The notes beneath the pieces were generated by a model that saw nothing but the letters and a program-made list of their open reading frames with translations, did not search any database and had not been told where the DNA came from. The position numbers and the translations under genes were made by a program. This document shows, one piece after another, positions 39,709-48,168 of a stretch of DNA of 64,000 bases (position 1 is the first letter of the stretch; each line of letters starts with the position of its first letter). The DNA is from Gammaproteobacteria bacterium (GTDB taxonomy: Bacteria > Pseudomonadota > Gammaproteobacteria > HK1), in assembly GCA_965202895.1 (NCBI GenBank), contig OZ241901.1, positions 3,850,770-3,914,769 on the forward strand, read 5' to 3'.

Positions 39709-42708
39709 ATGATCCCCAAGGCGTGCAAGCGGCTGGCGGAGGTCGATTTCCCCATCGCCGAGGTCTCGCGGCACGCGGCGCGGGAGAAGTCGATCCGGCA
39801 CGGGCATCCTTCGACCCTGCATCTGTGGTGGGCGCGCCGCCCGCTGGCCTCCTCGCGGGCGGTGCTGATGGCGCTGCTGCTGCCGGACCCCTGCGACCCG
39901 CAATGCCCGGAGGCGTTCAGGAAGGAGGCGCGGCGGATCCTTCTCGGGATGCACGGGCGTCCGGGTGGATGGACCGGCGCCATCCGGTCGGACGAAGGGT
40001 TGCGGCGGATCCTTCTCAAGTTCATCGCCGACTTCGCCGATTGGGACCATGCCGCGGATCGCATCTGGCTCGATACGGGCCGCGCGCTGGTGAGGGCGGC
40101 GCACGGCGAGGGGCCGCCTCTGGTCGTGGATCCGTTCGCGGGCGGCGGCTCGATCCCGCTCGAAGCCCTGCGGCTCGGCTGCGAGGCGTTCGCCAGCGAC
40201 CTGAACCCGGTCGCCTGCCTGATCCTCAAGGTGATGCTGGAGGACGTCCCGCGCCACGGGCCGGGGCTGGCCGACGAGCTGCGCAGGGTCGGCGGCGAGA
40301 TCAGGCAGGCGGCGGAACGGGAACTGGCCGGTCTCTACCCCGCGGACCTGGACGGGAGCACGCCCATCGCCTACTTGTGGGCGCGCACGGTGCTCTGCGA
40401 GGCCCCGAGCTGCGGGGCGGAGATCCCGCTGCTGCGTTCGCTGTGGCTTGCGAAGAAGGCGGTCTTCAGGAGGGAGCGCGGCGAGCGGATCAAGGTCAGA
40501 GGCCGTCAGGCGCTTCGGTATCGGATCGTGCGAGCGGCCAAGGGGCCGCCGCGGGTCGAGTGGGAAGTGTTCGAGCCGGCCACCGACAAGGACGTGCGCG
40601 ACGGCACGGTCACGCGGGCGAAGGCCGCCTGCCCGTGCTGCGGCGCGGTCCTGCCGCCGGAGCGGGTGCGGGTGCAGCTCTCCGAGCAGCGCGGCGGCGC
40701 GGACATGATCTTCGACGGCAAAGGGAGGCGCATCGGCGGCGCGCGCATGACCGCGGTGGTGACGCTGAAGGAGAACGAGCCGGGCCGGCGCTATCGGCTG
40801 CCGACGGATGCCGATTATGCGGCGGTGCACGAGGCGCAGGCGCGGCTGGCAGGGATTCTCGACGAATGGGAGCGGGGCGGGAGGCAGGGGCTTTGCCCGG
40901 TGCCGGATGAACCGATTTCGCTGAACGAGATTCGACGCATCAGCGTACCAATCTACGGAATGACGACATGGGGGGACCTGTTCACGGCGCGGCAGAAGGT
41001 AGTCTTGGTCGAACTCCTCCTCGCCATCCGGAAAACCGATGTAGTCGACACGGAGCATATGCTCGCCTGTGCGTTCAACCGTATATCCATGAGCAACATG
41101 TCTTGCACTCGATGGAACGCTGTAGCAGAGAAGATGCAGCATACCTTTGGCCGGCAAGCTCTTCCCATCGTGTGGGATTTCGCCGAGATCGCAGTGACGG
41201 CGGAAGCTCCAGGTAACTGGAAAAGTGGATACTGTCTTGTAGCTGACGTTGTCGACGCGGCGCGTAGTATGCAGAGTGCGCAAACTCAATTCGCCGACGC
41301 AATAGAACATCCCCTGCCCGACGAAGCCGCCGGAGTCTGGTTCACCGATCCACCCTACTACGATGCCGTCCCGTATGCGCACTTGTCGGATTTCTTCTTC
41401 GTCTGGCTCAAGCGCGCCGTGCCGGAACAAATGATGACTCTTTGCAATCTCGTCGATCCGCAAGACTTGACTCCGAAGGAAAGGGAGATTGTCGTTGATC
41501 GACCGCATCGGCTCAGCACTTCGACCAAGACGGCAGAGACCTACGAATCAGGAATGGCTCGGGCGTTTACCGAAGGGCGACGTATCCTGCACCAGGACGG
41601 TATCGGATCGGTCGTCTTCGCCCACAAGACAACCGAGGGCTGGGAGGCTCTGCTGACCGGGATAATCAGCGGCGGTTGGACCATTACCGGCTCGTGGCCG
41701 GTAGCGACGGAGATGGGTTCTCGTCTCAATGCCCGTGATACCGCGTCCCTCGCCACCAGCGTCCATCTCGTCTGCCGGCCTCGGCCCGACGACGCGCCGG
41801 TGGGCGATTGGGCGGACGTGCTGCGCGAGCTGCCGAGGCGCGTGGGCGACTGGATGGAGCGGCTTCAGGGCGAGGGCGTGCGCGGGGCGGATCTGGTCTT
41901 CGCCTGTATCGGCCCGGCGCTGGAGATCTTCAGCCGGTACTCGGTCGTCGAGACGCCGGAAGGTGCGGAAGTCCGTCTGCCCGTCTACTTGGAACGGGTC
42001 TGGGAGGTGGTGGGCCGGACCGCGCTCGAGACCGTGCTCGGCGCCGGAGAGGCGAAGGCCCGCAACGGGCAGGTCGGCGCGCTGGAGGAGGACGCCCGCC
42101 TCACGGCCCTGTTCCTCTGGACCCTCCAGAGCACGGAGGACCCCGAGGAGAACGACGCGAAGGAAGCACGGGACGAGGAAGGGAACGAAGCGGGCAGGGG
42201 GCTCGCGCTCCCCTTCGACGTGGTGCGCCGTTTCGCCCAGCCCATGGGGATCGACCTCGACGCCTGGACGGACCGGATCATCGGACAGGACAAGGGGGTG
42301 GTGCGCCTGCTGCCGGTTCTCGAACGTGCGCAACGGCTCTTCGGCGAGGACGGGGCCGGTGCGGCGGCGGAATGGATCGAAGCGGACCCGGGCGGGGCTG
42401 CCCAGCTCGACCTCTTTCCCTCGGCGCAGGCCCGACCGCGAAGCAGGAGGCATCGCCGACGCAAGCCGTCCATCGTGGAAGACGGCGCCGAGCTTCAGGC
42501 GGTCGACGCGACGACGCTGGATCGCGTCCATGCGGCCATGCTCCTCCAGGCAAGCGGTCACGCCAATGCGCTCAGGACGCTGATCGCCGCGGAGCAGGAA
42601 CGCGGCCCGGACTTCCTGCGGCTCGCCAACTCGCTCTCGGCCCTGTACTCGAGAGGCAGCGAGGAGAAGCGGTTGCTCGACGCGATGCTGCTGGCGGTCC
42701 CCCGGTGA
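39709..42708 (+). CDS. DUF1156 (COG1743-like) DNA methyltransferase with Zn-ribbon
   Basis: N-terminus: FPIAEVSRHAAREKSIRHGHPSTLHLWWARRP. SAM motif I: VVDPFAGGGSIPLEA. Cys pairs: CEAPSCG...CPCCG. Catalytic motif: TDPPYYD. Confidence 0.9.
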   Translation: MIPKACKRLAEVDFPIAEVSRHAAREKSIRHGHPSTLHLWWARRPLASSRAVLMALLLPDPCDPQCPEAFRKEARRILLGMHGRPGGWTGAIRSDEGLRRILLKFIADFADWDHAADRIWLDTGRALVRAAHGEGPPLVVDPFAGGGSIPLEALRLGCEAFASDLNPVACLILKVMLEDVPRHGPGLADELRRVGGEIRQAAERELAGLYPADLDGSTPIAYLWARTVLCEAPSCGAEIPLLRSLWLAKKAVFRRERGERIKVRGRQALRYRIVRAAKGPPRVEWEVFEPATDKDVRDGTVTRAKAACPCCGAVLPPERVRVQLSEQRGGADMIFDGKGRRIGGARMTAVVTLKENEPGRRYRLPTDADYAAVHEAQARLAGILDEWERGGRQGLCPVPDEPISLNEIRRISVPIYGMTTWGDLFTARQKVVLVELLLAIRKTDVVDTEHMLACAFNRISMSNMSCTRWNAVAEKMQHTFGRQALPIVWDFAEIAVTAEAPGNWKSGYCLVADVVDAARSMQSAQTQFADAIEHPLPDEAAGVWFTDPPYYDAVPYAHLSDFFFVWLKRAVPEQMMTLCNLVDPQDLTPKEREIVVDRPHRLSTSTKTAETYESGMARAFTEGRRILHQDGIGSVVFAHKTTEGWEALLTGIISGGWTITGSWPVATEMGSRLNARDTASLATSVHLVCRPRPDDAPVGDWADVLRELPRRVGDWMERLQGEGVRGADLVFACIGPALEIFSRYSVVETPEGAEVRLPVYLERVWEVVGRTALETVLGAGEAKARNGQVGALEEDARLTALFLWTLQSTEDPEENDAKEARDEEGNEAGRGLALPFDVVRRFAQPMGIDLDAWTDRIIGQDKGVVRLLPVLERAQRLFGEDGAGAAAEWIEADPGGAAQLDLFPSAQARPRSRRHRRRKPSIVEDGAELQAVDATTLDRVHAAMLLQASGHANALRTLIAAEQERGPDFLRLANSLSALYSRGSEEKRLLDAMLLAVPR

Positions 42709-42716
42709 CCAGGGTC

Positions 42717-43060
42717 CTTTCATGCCGACCGACTCGCGGCCGGGCATCAATGCCCACCGCTCTTCGTGGGAACGGCGTGTCCTTCGGACGCGGGGGTCCT
42801 GCCCACATCGATCGGCGGCGGTTTTGCCCTCCCATTGAAGGTGCGCCGCCGATCCTCGTCACCCGGATCCGACGCCCGCATCGATCGGCGGCGGTCTTGC
42901 CGTCCCATTTGCGGGCGGGACGCCCGCGTTCCGCAGGACGCGCCGTTCCCAGGACGCCCGCATCCGTGGGAGGCGCCGTCCCCGGCACCTTCGCCGCTCT
43001 CATTCGACCGAACCGGGTTCACCCCCGCGAACCGATTCCGCGGCGTGAAACGACCCTGCC
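42717..43060 (+). repeat. type-2 composite palindromic element (extended, two hairpin modules)
   Basis: cctttcatgccgaccgactcgcggcc...catcaatgcccaccgc...gcgggcgggacgcccgcgttcc...ccgaaccgggttcacccccgcgaaccgattccgcggcgtgaaacg. Confidence 0.7.
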
Positions 43061-43077
43061 GGTGACGGTCCCCCGAG

Positions 43078-43379
43078 GCTCGGGCGATGTTCGTAGATTA
43101 TTGATATATAAAGTGTAGAGAGGGGGTCGAGATATTTTTTACCCCCACAGAGATGGCGTTGTTCCGTGGTTTGGAGTCGGTTCGAGGGGCATTTCGGCGG
43201 ATTTCACCCCACGGAGCCTCTTGCGCGGGCACGGCGTCCTGGGAACGCGGGCGTCCCGCCCGCATTTTCTTCCGGGCGCTTCGCCCCCGTGCGGGCGGGA
43301 CGCCCGCGTTCCCAGGACGCCGTGCCCAAGAGCGTTCGCGAGAGGGTGCCCGGCGAAAACTCCACAGCGCGCATGCCTC
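43078..43379 (+). repeat. type-1 MITE-like repeat, copy F
   Basis: Full-length copy lying immediately after the type-2 element and upstream of the DUF499 gene. Confidence 0.75.
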
Positions 43380-43512
43380 GTCCCCCGGTGACGAAATGAC
43401 AGGCAGATGAAAAGACTGCACAATGCGTGAGGCAGCGGCGCGCATATCGGGCCGGCGAAGCTGCGGACGTTCGAGCCGTTCCCGCGTGAAGCCAGCCGAA
43501 CCGGAGATCCGA

Positions 43513-46290
43513 ATGGACCCCTGGTACAAGGTCGTGGCCCCTCGCAAGGAGGTGCGCGAGGGCCGCTCGTTCAGCCCGGATGAGTTCGCGATCGCTCTCG
43601 AGCAGGTGGTCGCGGGAACCGCGCCCGAGGACTACCGGGATGCGGCGCAGTTCTTCTCCCGCACCTGCTTCACCCGCGCCCTGAAGGAGCACACCGGGAT
43701 GGTGCTCCGGAGGCTCTCGGGGAAGACCGGGAACACCGCCCCGGTCGTGACCCTGATCACCCAGTTCGGCGGCGGCAAGACGCACACGCTCGCCTCGCTC
43801 TACCACCTCGCCGAGGCCGGCGAAGACGCCCTGGAGCTCCCCGGGGTCCTGGAGCTGCTGGCCGACGAGAACGTCGACTCGCCCCCGTCCGCCCAGGTCG
43901 GGGTGTTCGTCGGCAACGCGTGGGACCCGATGGAAGGCCGGGAGACGCCCTGGATCGATCTGGCCCGGCAGCTTGCCGGCGAGCAGGGGGTCCGGGCGCT
44001 CGGAACCGACGCGAGGGCGACCCCGCCCGGAACGGAAGCGCTCGGCCGGGTCTTCGCCGCCGCGAACGCCCCCGTGCTGCTGCTCTTCGACGAGGTGCTC
44101 AACTTCGTGAACCGCCACCGCGGCATGGCGGAGAAGTTCCATGCCTTCCTCCAGAACCTGACCGTAGCGGTCACCGGCGCCACACACGCCGCCGCGGTCA
44201 TCAGCCTGCCGCGGAGCCAGGTCGAGATGACCGCGTGGGACCAGGAATGGCAGGAGCGGATCACCAAGGTCGTCCGCCGCGTCGCCCGCGACCTGATCGC
44301 CAACGACGAGTCGGAGATCAGCGAGGTGGTGCGGCGGCGGCTGTTCGAGGACCCGGGCAGCGAGAGGGTTCGCCGAAGGGTCGCGAAGACCTACGCGGAC
44401 TGGTGCTTCGAGAGGAGGCATCAGCTTCCGCCGGAGTGGATGGCCGTCGATACGGCGGCGACCGAAGCCAGGGCGCGCGAGCTCCTGAGAGATCGGTTCG
44501 ATGCCTGCTACCCGTTCCATCCCGCGACCCTCTCGGTGTTCCAGCGCAAGTGGCGGGCCCTGAGCCAGTTCCAGCAGACCCGGGGGATCCTCGCGATGCT
44601 CGGCCAATGGATCTCCCGGGCCGCCGCCAGGCACTTCCGCGAAGCACGGACCGAGCCGCTGATCACCTTGGGATCGGCGCCTCTGGAGGTCCCCGAATTT
44701 CGCGCCGTCGTCCTTGGACAGCTGGGGGAATCGAGGCTCGACGCGGCGATCGAGGCCGATCTGGCCGGGGCGACGGCGCACGCCAGGGCGCTGGATGCGG
44801 ACACGGCCGGGCCGCTTCGGGACATCCACCGGCGGGTGGGAGCCGCGATCCTCTTCGAGTCTTCCGGCGGACAGGTGGACAAGGTGGCGCATCTGCCCGA
44901 GCTTCGCTTCGCGCTCGGGGAGCCCGAGGTGGACACCACGACCATCGACAGCTCCGCCACCGCCCTCGAGAGCGCGGGGTTCTTCCTCCGGAAGGTGGGT
45001 ACGGACGGCTTCCGGGTCCACCATCAAGCGACCTTGAAGAAGGTCGTCAGCGATCGGAGGGCATCGCTCGACGAGGAGAGCGAGATCAAGCCCGCCATGA
45101 GGAGCCTGGTCGGCAACGGGTTCGCGAAGGGCGCCGAGCTGCCCCTGGTCAGGTTTCCCTCGGACGGCAAGGCGATCGAGGACCGGCCGCGCCTCACGCT
45201 GGTCGTCGTGGACCCGGAGACCGAGTGGAGCGGCGATGGCCGGACACGAGAATGCCTCGTACGGTGGACGCGGGAGCGCGGAACGTCGCCGCGGCTCTAT
45301 CCGGGCTCCCTCGTCTGGTGCGTGAAGAAGCCGGGGCGGGAGCTTCGAGACAAGGTCGAGCACTGGCTCGCCTGGCAGAGGGTCGAGCGGGAGGTCGCGG
45401 AAGGGATACTCGGAGCGGAGTACGACCGGGCCGACAGGACGGAGGTACGCGCGAAGCGGAAGGAGGCGGAAGATGCGGCCCTGGACGAGGTGTGGGGCAG
45501 CTACCGTTTCGCCGTCTTCGCCGACTCCGGCCGGGAGGGAGGCATCGGAAGCATCGACCTCGGGGCCGGGCACTCGAGCGCGAACGAGACGCTCTGCGGC
45601 CGGGTCGTCGCCGCCCTGAAGTCCGAGGGGCTGCTGAACGAAGGGATCGGGGCCGGCTACCTCGACCGGCACTGGCCGCCGGCCCTCGAGGAGGCGGGCG
45701 CATGGCCTCTCACGAGCCTGCGGCAGAGCTTCCTCGACGGCTCGCTGACCCGTCTGGTGGATCCCGAGAAGGTGCTGCAACGGAAGGTCGTCGAGTTCGT
45801 CGAGAGCGGCGCGTTCGGGCTGGCGTCGGGGACCAGGGAGGAGGGCGGGTACGAACGGCTGTGGTATGCCGAGCCGGTCGGGCGCGACGAAGTCGCCTTC
45901 GAGCGGGACGTCTTCCTGCTGACCAGGGCGAAGGCGGAGCAGCTTCGGGCCGCCCCGCCCGGCGGCGCGCCGCAAGCGGAGGGAGGACCGGATCCGGAGA
46001 CGACGCACAGGCCCGCGCCGGAGACGGAGACAGGGCCGCCCCCCGGTCCTGCGCCCGGGCCCCGCGAGCGGACCGCGACCCTTCGCATGAAGGGCGCCGT
46101 GCCGCCCGAGGTCTGGAACCGTCTCGGGACGAAGGTCATCCCGAAGCTGCGGGCCGGCGACGGGCTCACGGTGGGCGTGGACTTCCACGTGAGCCTCCCC
46201 GCACGGCAGGCGGAGGCGCTGGAATCGGAGCTTCGGCAGGTGCTCGCCGACCTTGAATTGACCGCTGCCGTGCGCATGGAACGGTCATAG
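43513..46290 (+). CDS. DUF499 (COG1483-like) ATPase
   Basis: MDPWYKVVAPRKEVREGRSFSPDEFAIALEQVV...ITQFGGGKTHTLASLYHL (Walker A)...VLLLFDEV (Walker B-like). GGAG lies 6 nt before ATG 43513, which is in frame in ORF 43423..46290. Confidence 0.9.
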   Translation: MDPWYKVVAPRKEVREGRSFSPDEFAIALEQVVAGTAPEDYRDAAQFFSRTCFTRALKEHTGMVLRRLSGKTGNTAPVVTLITQFGGGKTHTLASLYHLAEAGEDALELPGVLELLADENVDSPPSAQVGVFVGNAWDPMEGRETPWIDLARQLAGEQGVRALGTDARATPPGTEALGRVFAAANAPVLLLFDEVLNFVNRHRGMAEKFHAFLQNLTVAVTGATHAAAVISLPRSQVEMTAWDQEWQERITKVVRRVARDLIANDESEISEVVRRRLFEDPGSERVRRRVAKTYADWCFERRHQLPPEWMAVDTAATEARARELLRDRFDACYPFHPATLSVFQRKWRALSQFQQTRGILAMLGQWISRAAARHFREARTEPLITLGSAPLEVPEFRAVVLGQLGESRLDAAIEADLAGATAHARALDADTAGPLRDIHRRVGAAILFESSGGQVDKVAHLPELRFALGEPEVDTTTIDSSATALESAGFFLRKVGTDGFRVHHQATLKKVVSDRRASLDEESEIKPAMRSLVGNGFAKGAELPLVRFPSDGKAIEDRPRLTLVVVDPETEWSGDGRTRECLVRWTRERGTSPRLYPGSLVWCVKKPGRELRDKVEHWLAWQRVEREVAEGILGAEYDRADRTEVRAKRKEAEDAALDEVWGSYRFAVFADSGREGGIGSIDLGAGHSSANETLCGRVVAALKSEGLLNEGIGAGYLDRHWPPALEEAGAWPLTSLRQSFLDGSLTRLVDPEKVLQRKVVEFVESGAFGLASGTREEGGYERLWYAEPVGRDEVAFERDVFLLTRAKAEQLRAAPPGGAPQAEGGPDPETTHRPAPETETGPPPGPAPGPRERTATLRMKGAVPPEVWNRLGTKVIPKLRAGDGLTVGVDFHVSLPARQAEALESELRQVLADLELTAAVRMERS

Positions 46291-46607
46291 AAGCCGGGCG
46301 CCGGCGCCTTGCCGGCCAGCCGGAACCAGAACAAGGGCGAGGTGTGCAGCCACGGCCCGGACGGGAGCCCCCGCCTGTTCATCGACGCCCGACTGCGACG
46401 AGGGGAGCTTCGACGTCTTCCCGAGACGTCCCCTTGTTTTCATCCACGACGACGATCCTGCAATCCTCGAAGACCATCCGGACGCGCCTCGACGAGGCCG
46501 CGACGCGGGGGAGGGGGGAATACCCCCGAGGCGACGGAAAGCGTCGATCACGGCCAACCGTGCCTGCCGCCCCGGATCGGCTTCGGTCGAATGGCGACGC
46601 CGACTTT

Positions 46608-46621
46608 CTGATTGAGGTCAA
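46608..46621. promoter_or_regulatory. FNR/CRP-family-like box CTGAT-TGAG-GTCAA upstream of narK1
   Basis: 8/10 match to TTGAT-N4-ATCAA with an intact TGA-N6-TCA core. It lies about 140 bp upstream of the narK1 ATG. Confidence 0.3.
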
Positions 46622-46761
46622 GGCAAACCGCCGCACCCTCTGGTTTGATGGCTGCCGTGCCGGCCCGCGCGGCCGGGGGCGGCCCGCGCGGCTGATGCCG
46701 TCGCGCGCCGGCGGCCTCCTCGCGCGGGCCGGCCGTCACCGCGATTGCCGAGAGAGGGACG

Positions 46762-48132
46762 ATGCAGGCTCGCGACGGCGTTCCGGCCCGCCTTCGACAC
46801 CAGGCCCTCGGCCTGAGCACCTTCGCGTTCACGGTCTGCTTCGCGGTCTGGACCATCTTCTCCATCATCGGGATCCGCATCAAGCAGGATCTCGGGCTCA
46901 GCGACACCGAGTTCGGCATCCTGGTGGCCACCCCGATCCTGACCGGCTCGCTCAGCCGCATCTTTCTCGGGATCTGGACCGACCAGTACGGCGGGCGCGC
47001 CGTGTACACGCTGCTGATGGCGGTCACCGCGGCCGCCACCTGGATGCTCTCGACGGTCGGCACGTACCCGATGTTCCTGCTCGCCGCCCTCGGGGTGGGG
47101 CTTGCCGGAGGCTCGTTCGCGGTCGGCATCGCGTTCGTGTCGCGCTGGTTCGACCGCGCGCACCAGGGGACCGCGCTCGGGGTGTTCGGCATCGGCAACG
47201 TGGGGGCGGCCGTCACCAACTTCGGGGCGCCGTTCCTGCTCCTCGCGGTCGGCTGGGAGCGGGCCGCCCAGGTCTACGCGGTGGTCCTCCTCGCCACCGC
47301 GGCGGTGTTCTTCTTCGCGACGAAGGAGGACCCGGGCACCGCCCGGCGCCGGGCGATGGGCGAGAAGCCGCGGTCGGCCTTCCTCCAGCTCGAGCCGCTG
47401 CGCCACCTCCAGGTCTGGAGGTTCTCGCTCTACTACTTCTTCGTCTTCGGGGCGTTCGTGGCGCTCGCGCTCTGGCTGCCGCGGTACTACGTCGGCGTCT
47501 ACGACCTGGACATCAGGACCGCGGGGATGCTGGCCGCGGCCTACGCGCTGCCCGGAAGCGTCTTCCGGGCCCTCGGCGGCTACCTCTCCGATCGCTTCGG
47601 CGCCCGCGCGGTGATGTACTGGACGTTCCTCGTGAGCGTCGTCGTCTGCTTCTTCCTGAGCTATCCGTCCACGGACTACGTGGTCCGGGGGGTCGAGGGG
47701 CCGATCGCGTTCAACCTCACCATCTCGCTGCCGGTCTTCGTCGCGCTGACGGTGGTGCTCGGCTTCGTGATGTCGCTCGGGAAGGCGGCGGTCTACAAGC
47801 ACATCCCCGTCTACTACCCGGAGCACGTGGGCTCGGTCGGCGGGCTCGTCGGCATGATCGGCGGGCTCGGAGGGTTCATCCTTCCGATCTGCTTCGGGGT
47901 GATGAACGACCTCATCGGGGTGTGGACGAGCTGCTTCATGCTGCTCTTCACCCTGGTCGGAATCGCCCTCGTGTGGATGCACCTCGCGATCCGCCGGATG
48001 GAGCGCCGGGAGGCGGCCGAGCGTCTCGACGAGCTTCCCGAGCTTCCCGAGCTGCTCTCCGTGCACGCGCCGGAGCACCGGGGGGCGCTCGGTCCCCGGG
48101 GCCGGCCGGCTCCCGGAACCGGGACCGCCTGA
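46762..48132 (+). CDS. narK: nitrate/nitrite transporter, MFS NNP family (NarK1-type)
   Basis: 456 aa, 12-TM-like. Signature blocks are GLAGGSFAVGIAFVSRWF and GALGGYLSDRFGAR. It sits directly upstream of the nar genes. Confidence 0.9.
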   Translation: MQARDGVPARLRHQALGLSTFAFTVCFAVWTIFSIIGIRIKQDLGLSDTEFGILVATPILTGSLSRIFLGIWTDQYGGRAVYTLLMAVTAAATWMLSTVGTYPMFLLAALGVGLAGGSFAVGIAFVSRWFDRAHQGTALGVFGIGNVGAAVTNFGAPFLLLAVGWERAAQVYAVVLLATAAVFFFATKEDPGTARRRAMGEKPRSAFLQLEPLRHLQVWRFSLYYFFVFGAFVALALWLPRYYVGVYDLDIRTAGMLAAAYALPGSVFRALGGYLSDRFGARAVMYWTFLVSVVVCFFLSYPSTDYVVRGVEGPIAFNLTISLPVFVALTVVLGFVMSLGKAAVYKHIPVYYPEHVGSVGGLVGMIGGLGGFILPICFGVMNDLIGVWTSCFMLLFTLVGIALVWMHLAIRRMERREAAERLDELPELPELLSVHAPEHRGALGPRGRPAPGTGTA

Positions 48133-48168
48133 GCGGCGGCGCCGGACCGCGCGGCGAGGAGGACGCTC

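Noticed and set aside
46291-46761. Small ORFs between the DUF499 gene and narK1 (46309..46611 +, 46285..46557 -, 46379..46636 -).
   Set aside because: They have no SD, no motifs and mutually overlapping frames. The region is more plausibly the nar promoter/regulatory region.
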